Program-made: the position numbers and the translations under genes | The notes under the pieces: generated by a model | Told to the model about the DNA's origin: nothing | Database searches by the model: none | The model's input: the letters and a program-made list of their open reading frames with translations, nothing else | In this document: piece by piece, positions 15,801 through 28,948 of the stretch | How the letters are laid out: every line of letters begins with the position of its first letter | Position numbering within the stretch: the first letter of the stretch is position 1 | Assembly: GCA_021613535.1 (NCBI GenBank) | Contig: CP075496.1 | Coordinates: 10,354,001-10,418,000, forward strand | Length of the DNA: 64,000 nt | Source: Adineta vaga | Taxonomy: Eukaryota; Animalia; Rotifera | Direction: 5' to 3'

Positions 15801-18800
15801 TATTCTATCTATTTCAAGATCGAATTTACTTTCTTCTTTTGAAAAAAAAACCCTCATTCGATAAGCTTAAACATATCTCTTCTCAAATTTGCTCGATAAT
15901 AGTTTTACTAACAATGATTTGTTCTATTGATAAAAAGAAAAGCTATAACATCTTGAAGTTATTCTTTTTTCTTGATCGATTCACATATGTTTACTTTAAC
16001 CTTTCATCATATACATTTGTTCTTAATCATTAATCATCAGATTTCCACATTATATAAGTTCAGACAAAAGTTGTAGAACAAGCATTTTCCTTTCTTCAAC
16101 TTTCGTTATTCACCAAATCAATTTTCTTAATCTACAACGTAGTACATAAATAATTCAGACGTTTGCCTTTCCAATCAGGAAAAAGAACAACGTTGAATAT
16201 ACTAAAACTTAAATTCAACATGACAGATTCATTGAACATTATCAGAACGAAGTTGATAAACATACAAACAGAAAACTAATAAATATTGCAAAGAAAAAAA
16301 AAGATCTTAAATCTATTTTATATTTGTTGATTACATCATCATAAAAGAAAAATAGAATAGTTGTAAACGAAATTGTCTTTTACGATACTATTATTGCACG
16401 TGTTTAAATCACAATCCGATTAGAGTTAGTAGTATATTTTCTTGTGTAATCAAATATCTTTTCAAGATTCATTTGATAACTTATGTATTATGTAGATTGA
16501 ATCGTATTTTACTATATGTATATAGTTGACTCAAGTGTATACATAAATGCGAGGTAGGTAACAGCTTGAGTTCTCTTTTTATCTCGTTTTATTTTGAACT
16601 TGAGAATACAATTATCAAAAGATATATAGACGTATGTTTGTGTGTGACAGCAGGAATATGTTACGCAAAAGTAGACAATACTAATTTATTGAGAAAAAAG
16701 AAAGAAAAGAAATTCTAAATAGAAACAAGTGATTTCTATGTTAAGAATGAATATCGAATAGAATTTCTCAGATTTATATTGATTAATAATCACGTTCAAT
16801 CAATCAATCAATCATTTACTTAGTAAATTTACTGAAAAGAAAAGGAAAAAACTATAAATTTCCCTTCATTAGCACATGTGCATGTTGCCTTTAAGAACGA
16901 TAATGAAGTGAGGTGTATTATTATGTTTTGAAGAAAATCATCGATGTGTTTAATGCAGTTCATTTACAGGTCTAAGAAAACAAAATCAATGTAGATGAAC
17001 TATTATTCATTATAGAGTGGTGCTCATTTCTTCTTTCTTCTTCATTTTTTTTACTTCTTTCCTTTGTTATGCGGTAACAGAAAGGAGTGTGTGTGTGATG
17101 GCTCATTGAACGTTTTGTATAGATGTGTGCGTGTCAAGCTTGTTGAAAAAAGTGAAAAGAGAGAGAGAGAGAATAAATAAGGGAGAAGCAGAAGACGAAC
17201 AGGAAATCAGTCTCTCTCCTGACTATACTTAATAGAAAGATGATGATGAGACGCTGTTGCTGCTGCTGTGACTACTTCAGTAGCCGACGCTTCATCTCCA
17301 TTAGTTAGAGTTATTACTTCGCTGGTTGTTGTTGCCATCTTCGTTATACGACAGAAATAGTATCTAACTAGCGCTAGTTCCATTGCCGGTGTTTCTTCAT
17401 CATTTATTAATTACAAATGAAACTCTTCCGTGTCAAAGTATGTATTTTAAATAACAATCTAGCTAATCACTTGGGACATATTCATATCAAATAAATATGC
17501 ATATTTAATAAAGAGGAAAAAATTCGATTTGTATAGAATGTTATTCTTATGTTTTTTTTGTTATTTTTTATTATAGAAACGTGCCCGAACGAAGTCCGAA
17601 AACGATCTATCCAAGCGTGGTAGCATCGATCAGAATGAAAAAGTATGTATATAAGAAAACTTTATTATTTGTATTTGGTTTTTTTCTCTTCTGTTTCATA
17701 ACCTTGAATCTATTTTTAACTATGTCAATGTAATATTTCAAAAAAAACCTCGGTCCTCTTTGACAGACTGAAGAACGAAGAGCAACTTAATAATATTTAT
17801 CTGATCAGTTTCACTTTTCAATCACGATGATCATTTGATTTTTTTTCTTTTACTATCAATTCTCCTTGACTTGGCTATTAATAATTTTGCTAACAGCAAA
17901 ATAATCTTCGTATCGGCAGTAATTTACGCGAATGCATGACGTTCATCTTCTTCCTCTCTTCGCCTGTTTTTTCAACGTTAAGGAATTCTCGTTTTTTTTT
18001 CATCTAAGACTATCTTTCTACTTCTGTTCTTTTGCTTCCATTTTAGTAAGATTTATATATATTTATTGGAATGTGATTGCTTGTTGATAGATGTCATATT
18101 TTTGGTCTTGAAATACGAGTTTCTTTCATTGTAATTTAGAGTCTTCTGGTTAACATTGTATATCAGTTTAACTTATGATAGTTATACTAATCAGATGCCT
18201 TTATACTCCTCATTTAATGATAGAGACAAATGGATCAACATACACGCATAGATTAGATCTTTTCATTAATGACTATTCGGTATAAATAGATAAGTACGTG
18301 TATATTGTTTTGTTTTTTCTCTAGTTTTATAAATATAAGGCATCTATCGAAACGATTAATAGGAACTCTTTCTTTTTTTTCTACTAGTATATTGATAAAT
18401 GTAACCAAAACGCAGGTGAAGGTCATATAAATACATATGTATATAATATAAGAATAATCCTATGTTCGTTCGTCGAAAGTTACTGATAATTGACTTGACT
18501 CGACGCAACCAGAAAGAAAGAAAAAAGGGTACGCAAACATATATTCACCTTTCGAATAAGACTAGCAAAAGAGGAACCGCAAATAACTGAGACCATAAAA
18601 GTTGATTTTCATTTGCTCTCAGACACTTTTTCCTTCTCTCTTTCATCTGTTAATATCAGATTGAGAATGACGCTTGTATGCACGTGCCATGTGTGCTTAT
18701 CTAATTTTACAACATGAAATATTGCTTGCGTTTCTTTTTTTTATCAAGTAGAAAGCGAATCAGAGAGAACTTGCCGTTCGATGGTGATTCTATTATGTGT

Positions 18801-21800
18801 CGGTATTATTGAGGACTAAGCGAAGACGAAGAGAGAGAGAGAGAGGAATCGAAAGCTGTTCTGTGTTCCTTCTTATGCGACAAAACAAACCGATCGAAAT
18901 AAGACAGAACGACGAATAAAAAACTACAATAATAGTAATAGCAGCAAAATACGATGTCGACAAGGAAAAGAGAAAGAAGAAGAAGGACATGGTGGCGTCG
19001 ACAAACGTCGTCGACATAGCTGTGCCTTTTTTCTTCTTTCTTCTTGCGGTTTTTCTTCTACTAACACAAGCTCGTCCGACTATTATATAAGTAACCTTCA
19101 AGCTATTACATTTGTATATATATATATATATATCGATGAGTATAGGTGACAAATAAGGAAAAAAAACAACATCATCTTCTAGGTACGTGTTTTATCAATA
19201 AATATAACGACATTTTAAATGAAAATTGTGCTAATTAGATTTAGTTTTTATTTTTCACGTATACTATTCTAGTTATTTTTTTCACATTGCTTTTTCATTC
19301 ATTCATTTAGTCATTTCTTTATTTCTATTATCACTAGTCAAATAAGTATGTTAAAGAGCAGATACCGGTGTAACTACTAGTGCAACTAACTTCAAACGAA
19401 AATGACTGTCCGATGTCTGCGCACCCATCATTGTGCGACGATGAATAGTAAATACGAAAATGCGTGTCTATATATGCTTCGAGCGACGAGTTCATTCCTT
19501 CCCTCCCTTCATCTTCTCACTCTCTCTCTCTCTCTCTATTTTACATTTCATGTGTAGGGGTGAGTGAGAAAAAAAGAAGAGAGTAAAATGAGGAGAATTT
19601 TTGACGCTACACCTTGGCGTCGTGTTGTGTGAGAAATAATTTAGATCAACTAAACCAACAACGACAGACGAGACGAGGGAAAAAGTAGTGTGTACATGTA
19701 TATGCATATAAAAAAGGGAGAACAAGAAACAGGTAATTGATACGCATTGCTGCAACAGCAGTACTCAGTACATTGTATACATATATATATATATATATAT
19801 ATACGCTTACACCAATCTGTCACCACTAATGTCGTGTTCATAACTACTGACTGATTACAATTTGTTATTCTAGTGAGTAGTGAAAAAACATATCAACATG
19901 AATATGAGCAGGTACACACATATCGTCTTTTCACCAAAGGGGCGGTTTGTAAATACGCCCATGAAAAGGTTATCGATTATCGATAGACTAGGCTGAGACT
20001 TCAATCTCCAGTCCTATGGGAGTAGCATAAAAAGAAAAATGAAGGAAAAGAGCAACAACAATAAGTAGAAGGAAAAAGGATAGATGCTCTTTTCTATTTC
20101 TATTGTTCTCATCGTCATATCTATGTGAGTAAATAGATGCACATGTTTTGTCTTTAGTTTCGTATGTGATTGAGTTGCTGATTAAGATAGAATAAAACCA
20201 AGAGAGAAAAGTTGCTGTTTTTCTTTCCACTTGTCTTTCATCGTCAATTTACCTTTTTTTTCTTCTTATTCTTTTATGTTTCTTTTTTCGTTCTTTATAT
20301 ATGCAGGAAAAAATCAAATGAAAAGAAATCGTCTCTATATGCGCATACATTTCGATGAAATTTACACCTAAATACATTATTTTTTCTTCGATTTTAACCG
20401 ACGACGAAGGTAAACGTTAGAAACGAGAGAAGAAAAACATTCAATGTTTTATTCATTGTTTTTGGTTTTAAAAATTACCGATGCATATAAATAGATTCTT
20501 TGACTACAGTAGTTTTAAGTAGTACAAGAAAAATTTCATTAAATAATGAGACAACGACAAGAAATGAAGAATACTTTCTTTCTTTTTCTTTTTCTTCTTC
20601 TTCTTCTTCACTTTTTGCATATGAGCTATAATCTAAAGGAAACTTTAGAAATGTTCTTTCTTTCTCATAACATTTTCTTTTTTTGTTTTTTTTCATCTAG
20701 ACAAAATTACCAACAACTAACTCAAGCTTTGCTGTTAGTCAACCTTCAAACGAAAATTCATCGACAACATCTTATCATCATCAATCTAACGAAAAAGTTA
20801 ATCATACAAATACTGTTGTCTATCGAAATAATTCTCGTCGTTATTCGAACAGTTTTTTCACATCTGCACGTTACGGAGGACCTCGAACATCGATTGCTGC
20901 CATTCCATCAATAGTTCTTAGTACTTTACAAGAAAAACAACCTAATCTTACTACTAATAATAATACTAATACCCATTTAAGTCGTTCAGTTGATCGTCTT
21001 CATAATACAAAATCTTCTCGTCGTGAACTACGTTATGAAGAACATGATGATTACATTCCACCACTGCATTCAATTCAATGTCATCCATCAACAGATCATT
21101 ATGCGAAAAATCTAAATCAATCAACTCATTTCTCTTTAAATCATCGTCGAAGTCAAATAGAAACCTATCAATTATCATCATCAACAAATAATCGTCGAAT
21201 ATTACCAAGACCCTATTCATCGAATATTCCACTTTCATACAGTCTTCAAACAATGTCAAAATCATCATCATCATCAGATAAAAAGAATAAAAATGATACT
21301 TATGGTAAATTATCTGATTGTCATTCGCCGTTATCTCCATTGGAAAACTCTGCAATAAAAGCTCCACGTCGTATTGAATCTGCATACAGTCAATTTCCAA
21401 TACCTGAACCTGTCTATGCAAATACTCAATCTCTCTACGATAATATTCTATATCCACAATCTACATCAAAAGTATTAGATACAATGGATGAGCATGAAAA
21501 AAGATCATGTGCTTCACAAACACAATTAACATGGACAATGGCAACATTTTCTTCATTTGTTGATTTAGAAAATCAATCTGCTATTATTCCTCAACCCGAT
21601 CCAAATACATTGTATTCAATTGTACAACATTATCATACTCATCCACCACCATCGGCATCTTCAGAAACAATTGAACAACTAAAATGTATATCACCTGATG
21701 TAAGTTTTATTGAAAGTATTTAAGTCTATTGTATGTAAAGTCAAGTGATACTTATTATTTCTATAAAGATTATTTCAAGATGGTATAATTCTTTTCTTAT

Positions 21801-24800
21801 CTTTAGTTAAGATATACAGATGAAACAAATCCTTCAACACATTATCAACGTCCACGTAGTCCAGCATCATCAAATTTAATAACCATAGAAAAACGTGATG
21901 GTTCTTTTCAAACTCATCTGTCTATAGCACCAACACAAGATATTGAATCGAATAAACATTTGTTTATTCATGATCCAACTCCATCACCGATTTCATCGTC
22001 ATCAGCAACCACGGGTCAACAAAAACAACATCATCATCACCATCATCATCATCATCGGAAACATAAATCACGCAGTAATGGAAATATAACTACGCGTGAT
22101 GTTGGTCTACAAGTAAATATTCAAACAGTGAAAAAGATCACGATTATTCCACAGAAAAGTGATGAATCATCGTTAACAACAACAACAACATCCTCACCGC
22201 CATCGCTTATGAAAACGTCTCGTGAAGTAAAACATGTTGAAACAAATACTGAACCAATAATAACAAAACGTGATACAAGTACATCCTATGAATCGAATGT
22301 TCGTTTGGTGACCTCATCATCTCAGACAGTCGATTCATCGACATCAAGTAGTACCAATCTTCAAACAAAAGCTGCTCAAACGCCAAATAAAACACTACGT
22401 GATCAATCAATTGAAACAAATAATCATGGTTTATTCGTATGTGATCTTAGTTCATTATTAAAAAACAATTCCGATGATTCATCATCATCGACATCATTAT
22501 CATTAATGAATACAAAACGAAAATCGTAGGAAAGAAAAAAAATTCCCTTTTCTAAGCTATTTCTATTATCAGACGCTTCTGTGTGTATCTCTTTTTTTAT
22601 TTTGTATTTTCTTTTTCGTTTTTTTTTTCAACAAAGAGAAAGAAAGAATTTATATAAATAGAATTTCTATATCGACAATAAGACTACAATGAGAACTTAC
22701 TCGAATTTCGAAGATGATTTCAAATGATTGAGTATTCAATGTAAAAAGCACACTATCAGGTGCTTTTGGTCGCATACGCCATGATTGAAAGGGCATATGA
22801 GAATGACGATCATTCAATAATGCAAATGTACCAAAATCATAGGTTTTAAATGAAATCATACGAGTATCTAAATGAAGATGAAAAAGAAAATATACGATTA
22901 TGTATAAGTGAATTTACCAGGTGTATATTCATAATCAACATAACCTTCTTGTTTCCAATGATTTCGATCTTTAATCCATCGAGCAAGTAATGGTTTTTCA
23001 GTTACAAATACGTCCGATGGAATCCTGTGAAATGGAGAGTTCTTACTAGACTTGAACATCGATATTTAGATTGAAATGAATCTTTAGAATGCTAAAGTAT
23101 TCGTTTCATTTGTGAACTATCTTACTTATATCTGAAAACAAGTGCTGATTCTTGTTTCAGTGCATTGGCTAAAAACATTTTTCTTATTTCTGGATTATTT
23201 GCGATCATTGTTGCATCCAATGTTATCGATGGATCCATCGCTTCATCTGTCTGAAAGTATTCACAACTGAACAGATTATGAGCAGTAGTTTTGACTTACT
23301 TTTTCTTCAGCTTTCGTTTTTCCTGATTCAGTTTTATTCACTGATGTATATTCTTCATAGAATCGCTTGGCAAGCATCGGATCGGATGGATATGGATACG
23401 GCACAAGAACATTACTATCGTCCACTACAAATTAACAAAGAACAATGACATTTAGAAAATAAAATAACAAACAAAATAATGAACTAACCTTGCATTATTG
23501 TCCAATCTTGTACTTTTTTTGGTTGTGGTGGAATATGATAGAGATTTATCTCAAGTAAGGGTAAAATAGGCCAATGAGAACGAAGATCAATAACTGATTC
23601 ATCAGCCAATTCTTCTAAGATTAGATCAGCAGTAACTAGAAAAAAAAACAAATAATGTAAGTAGTCATTTTAAATCAATATAAATTTCAATTTGAAGTAA
23701 ATCCATATTAATAAATATATGTTTTATGTTGTTTAAGATGTTTCAAATGTCAATAAGATGGTGTTTTCGTAAACACACTTACCATCTCGTATGGATTTTT
23801 TTCTGTTTAATGCCGTTGGTGAAATATTTCCATCTTGACCTTCGTCAGCATTTTCTTTGGCAGTTTGTTCAGCTAAAGCATCTTGTAAAGCTTGCGCTTC
23901 CGCAGCTGCTGCTGCCGCCACCGCTGCTGCAGCCTCTTTTTCACGACGTCTTGCTTGTTCCATAAGTTTTCGAATTTCAGGTGGTAATGTTGGATCAATA
24001 GGTTCTTTATCATCATCTTCATCTGTAGTTGGTTTTGCTGTTTCATCAACTAACGGTTCAGGTATTGGATCTATGAGATTCAAAATATTTTCAGACAATT
24101 CTTAATATTCTTCTTGAAACGAATTTACCATAAGTATATTCAACTGATCGTATACGACATTTTGCTAATAAAGAACGTTCCGAATAATAATCGTATTTAA
24201 GAAATAACCCAAGTATAGCAATATGAGCTAATGTTAATGGTTTTGGCAAATCAAAACCGAAACCATTTTGTTCAAATGTATAACCTTTGATTCTATACAT
24301 GAGAGAAAGATCAATAGATTTTGGCTAGAAGAAACTTTAGATATTTCAATCAAACCTTGGATTATGACTCAAATTTGCCCAAACACAAACGGAAACATTT
24401 TCATTTTCAGCTATGTATTGAAAATTACTAGTTTCAAAATCTTGTAAATCAGTTGCTTTTAACATCGTATCATGAGCTGCTTGACTCCATTTATGGCGTA
24501 ATAAATCTTCCAGTTCATAAATAGTCTAAATTATTGAATGGTATTTTATTTCGTTTTAATGTTGTATACATACATTTTTATAAGTTGGAATAGAATCAAG
24601 TTCAGAAGAATCTTTTGGAATTGAATGAATAACAGTATTCAATTCTTTAATTAGAGATAAAACAAGATTTGTTTGTTTCATTGTATATTCCAAATTTGTT
24701 CGTTGATGTTCATCATTCCATAAAGTCATAAATGTATTTATTTCAAGTAAACTTGTTGGATCTGGTGTACCATCACATTGCATAACACGTTTCCACTGTT

Positions 24801-26249
24801 CAAAGAGAACAGATAGAAAAATAATATTTATATAGCGAAATATTTTTTCAAATTGTTTACTTTAAATTCTTCACGTTGTTTATAACGACCTATATTCGCT
24901 TCATCTTGTCGTGGTTGAATAAATTCATAAAATTCAGCTAATTCTCGACGTCGTAATTCATTGATCTAGTTAATTTAAAACTCAATTTTTAAATAAGAAA
25001 ATAATTCAATTGCATACTTCTTTGGCTAAAATGGCCTTTTCTTCAGCAAGTCGTTTTTCAGTTTCAATACGTTCTTTTTCAGCAAGTTCAGCACGTTGAC
25101 GAGCTTCCTCTATAAAATAAACATAAACGATAAAATAAGACTGGCAGTGTGGCCGAGTGGTCTAAGGCGCTGGTTTTAGGCACCAGTCGTAAAAGGCGTG
25201 GGTTCGAATCCCACCGCTGTCAGTTTATTATTATGAGGCAAGATGGCTTGCTTCTCTTTTTTTCTTTTCTTTTCTATTCTTCGTTCTTTTTCTCTATTTG
25301 ACTCTGAGAATGCAGATAATTTGAGACATTAATAAGAGAGAATCTACAACGGAAAAACTCTACTTTTCTCTGTTCTATTTGAAGTTTAATCTCTCTAATA
25401 AAATAGAAATACCTCTCTTCAGATTATTATTTTCTTTTTAAGCAAATGTCTGGTTTGTTATACATCAGATGAAAGCTAGAAATTGACAGATGATGGCATG
25501 TTAAGGCCATTTTAAAGATGTTGCGAGCCTAACGCCTAATATTATAGAAAAGTTGATTGTATCCCTGAAAAAGCTTGTCGGTTAGCTAACAGTTGTCCTA
25601 TCACGACGTACCTATCATGGAGTATTCTTGATAATTAGATATTATTAGTAGTCTACTCTTACAAAGAAATATAAGACATCCGAATTTAAATATACAGACC
25701 TTCTTCTCTTCGTTTTCGTTCTTCTTCTTCTCTCTTCTTTTTTGCTTTAGCAGTTTTGTTGTTCGTTGACGCCGATTTCTAAACAAATCGAAAAAGATTC
25801 TTATGATACGTACATAATATTTTTCAACGAAAACAAAAAGAAGCGCAAAAGTTGTGATTGTTGCATTCGCATACACTAGTTTTCTTCTTTTGTTTTGAAC
25901 CTTTAGCAAGCTGCTTTTTACGTGATTTGCTTTTCTTTGATTTCACACTTTTTCTAATTGCTTTTTTCGATCCATCATTTGTTAATGATCGGTCATTTAT
26001 ATTTTCATCTTTAGTCATTGTCATGTTCTAGAGAATTACTTGTCCTTTAGCTATCTTCTTCATAGTTATTTTTTTCTTTCGTTCCGATTTCTTCGACTGT
26101 GCATTCTCATTTAAGTTTGCATCATTATCAACTTTCATACAACTAGATTCGAATAGTTTCCATCTTGCAATCATTTCATGTGCTGACAAGTATGATATTT
26201 GTTTATTTGACTCTAAAATGAATAGTTTACTTACTTGAGCAGTAGACAT
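5497..26249 (-). CDS. DNAI7: Dynein axonemal intermediate chain 7 (CASC1/CFAP94) homologue, ~18 exons with one 16.3-kb intron
   Basis: 5' block (approximate exons 26235-26249 tentative, 25700-25778, 25018-25109, 24861-24965, 24574-24795 ... 22701-22867) has a charged N-terminus, WKRVMQCDGTPDP, VCVWANLSHNPR and HMPFQSWRMRP...IIFEIR. 3' block (6185-6391, 6054-6125, 5834-5986, 5680-5778, 5497-5634) has LGLNVFP, AYNQMA...FSYSHWN and YHAELFHLV...PLTYA*. The donor at 22700 and acceptor at 6392 are both phase 0 and join colinear CASC1 segments. Confidence 0.85.
9352..10437 (+). CDS. Uncharacterised 361-aa protein nested antisense in the DNAI7 intron (short ordered N-terminal domain, S/T/Q/H-rich disordered body, C-terminal KVKF)
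   Basis: Single uninterrupted ORF with coding-like composition, including polyQ (CAA)n and polyD. An AATAAA lies ~130 nt after the stop. Confidence 0.8.
14274..22529 (+). CDS. Uncharacterised ~726-aa disordered protein nested antisense in the DNAI7 intron, with multiple TQT-like motifs
   Basis: Exons 14274-14666, 17577-17642, 20701-21699, 21807-22529; all junctions are GT-AG, phase 0, and the frame stays open to TAG at 22529. Possible alternative first exon 17417-17437 (MKLFRVK|gtatgt). Confidence 0.75.
19777..19803. repeat. (TA)n microsatellite
   Basis: Directly visible. Other simple repeats: (TA)n 35119-35142, (GA)n 8943-8957, (AATT)n ~5449-5472, (CAA)n 9868-9897. Confidence 0.9.
25143..25222 (+). 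tRNA. tRNA-Leu (anticodon TAG), inside a DNAI7 intron on the opposite strand
   Basis: Acceptor stem GGCAGTG/CGCTGTC with discriminator A; A box TGGCCGAGTGGTCTAAGG; anticodon arm CTGGT-TTTAGGC-ACCAG; long variable arm; T arm GTGGGTTCGAATCCCAC; T-run downstream. Confidence 0.96.
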
Positions 26250-26319
26250 TGATGAACGATTTCAGTAGTAGTGTACTGTAACTGAAATTTCACATGTGTT
26301 AATTTTCATTATATAGTCT

Positions 26320-26510
26320 GTTGTCATATCAACAACCTTTAACAGTGACCTCTGCCCAACTGTTATTGGTTAAGAAATGCATAAATTGATTTCTAGTATA
26401 TGAGTCATTATGTGATTGTAGTAGTTTTGTTCGATTCGATAGCTGTATGTATGTAATCGTAGACATCGATCGAGATACAATTCAATTCAAGTCAATGTTC
26501 TCTAGATAAC
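26320..26510. promoter_or_regulatory. Two X-box (RFX)-like imperfect palindromes in the divergent DNAI7/ARF gap
   Basis: GTTGTCATATCAAC (26320-26333) and GTTCTCTAGATAAC (26497-26510) resemble GTNNYY-AT-RRNAAC and lie upstream of a motile-cilia gene. Confidence 0.4.
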
Positions 26511-26598
26511 GACAAATCAATTTAATTTTGTATTTTATCTAAACTGGCATCGACTATATAAATAAGTCAATTATTGATTACAAAAGAAGAACAAAACG

Positions 26599-27510
<912 letters not shown>

Positions 27511-27750
27511 GAATAAAAACAGAATGTCTGTATTTTGTGTGCAGTGATGATGATTTGACGGCATTTTCTGTTATTGGTTTTCTTCTTTCTTTACTTCTTT
27601 TTTTATACATATTCAACTGATACGTTGTTACTCCCTTTCTGTGTGTGTGTGCGTGCGTGTGTTAAGAGTCAGTGTTTTTTGTTTGATAATATGATAGTGA
27701 CTAAAGATAAAAAGAACTAATCAAAAAAAAAATTTAAAGATATACATTGA

Positions 27751-28558
27751 ATGATTTCTTTAGAAATAATGTTGAAATCTTTATTTTTACTTCGTCAAAC
27801 AACTGTTCAACCAATACGTTATTTACATCTTTCGATACCACATTTTACGGCTGGACAAACTCAATATCATGGTCAACAGGACTCTACATGGTGGGAAAAA
27901 TATGGTTCACATGTTGATCCTGTTCAATCACGTTCCGAATTATTAGATATGGATGATTTAGATGAACGACATTTCCGACCAGTTAAACCAGTAATACCTA
28001 CTTATCAATCATTTTCTTGTTTCCATGATCCAGTTGTATCTCGAGTCATGGGAATTCTATTACGAGACGGTAATCGTGAATTAGTTGAAGAATTAATGCA
28101 TAAAACACTACGAACAATTAAACTGATACAAGTAGGAAAATGGCAACGAGCAACAACTGATGAAGAACGTACTTCAATTGAATGTAATCCCGTTACGTTA
28201 CTTAAACAAGCAATTAAAAATGCCACACCTATTGTTCGTAAGTAAAAATGAATATGAATAAATATTCTATTTTCAAAAAACAAATATTTCGTTAGGTCTT
28301 ACTCGAATAGCAAAAGGTGGAACTTTATATTCAGTACCAATTCCAATGTCACCGATACGTGGTACTTTTACAGCAATTCGTCTGTTGATTGATAGTACAC
28401 ATGATGCTCGACCACATGATCAACGATTTTGGACATTATTTGCCAAAGAAATCATGGATGCTGCACAGAATCAAGGACGAACAATAAAGAAAAAACAAGA
28501 AATTCATCGGAATGCTGAATTAAATCGTGCTTATGCACATTTCAAATGGCAAAAGTAG
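27751..28558 (+). CDS. MRPS7: Mitochondrial ribosomal protein S7 (uS7m)
   Basis: Exons 27751-28237 and 28296-28558. Transit-like N-terminus, FHDPVV, IECNP...AIKNATP, KGGTLYSVPIP, KKKQEIHRNAELNRAYAHFKW. The start could instead be the ATG at 27769. Confidence 0.92.
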
Positions 28559-28699
28559 AAAATATCTTTGATTTGTTATTATTATTTTCTTTTTTGCATT
28601 GTTTTGTGTACGATGATTAAATAAATATAGACTGAAAAATACCCTGAAAAGTATACTCATTTATTTGATAATGAAAAAAAGCACTGTAAACGTGATCGA

Positions 28700-28814
28700 T
28701 GACGTAGCTATTGTCTATTTTTGTACAAATATGTTTGCGTCTAATCATGAAAAGAGCACGAAGTAGATAACAATAGAATAGTGCGTTCCGGATGACGTCC
28801 TTTCTGGTATAAAA
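28700..28814 (+). promoter_or_regulatory. Proximal promoter of the coiled-coil gene: TATA box plus CRE/ATF-like sites
   Basis: TATAAAAGGG at 28808; TGACGTA at 28700; TGACGTC at 28793. A 5'UTR intron (28888-28946, GTAAGT...TAG) ends 2 nt before the ATG. Confidence 0.5.
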
Positions 28815-28948
28815 GGGGCTTGTTCTCAATGAAAAATTAACTATTTCAATACATTAATCTTCTAACGTCGATACAAACGATAAGCAAGTAAGTAAAATGA
28901 TTTGATTAAAACTAGCAATAGAATAACGGTTGATTTTTTTGTCTAGAT

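Noticed and set aside
18793-19152. ORFs and UTR-like sequence in the nested gene's intron
   Set aside because: Low-complexity; I found no ATG-plus-donor combination in phase with the downstream exon.
24091-24160. Apparent frameshift between ORFs 24091-24300 and 23733-24098 in DNAI7
   Set aside because: Explained by a normal 55-nt phase-1 intron (GTATAC...ATTAAG, 24101-24155).
25142-25256. miR-34-like (TGGCAGTGTGG) and miR-31-like (AGGCAAGATG) 5' matches
   Set aside because: The first is the tRNA 5' end. The second sits in a hairpin far too short to be a pre-miRNA.
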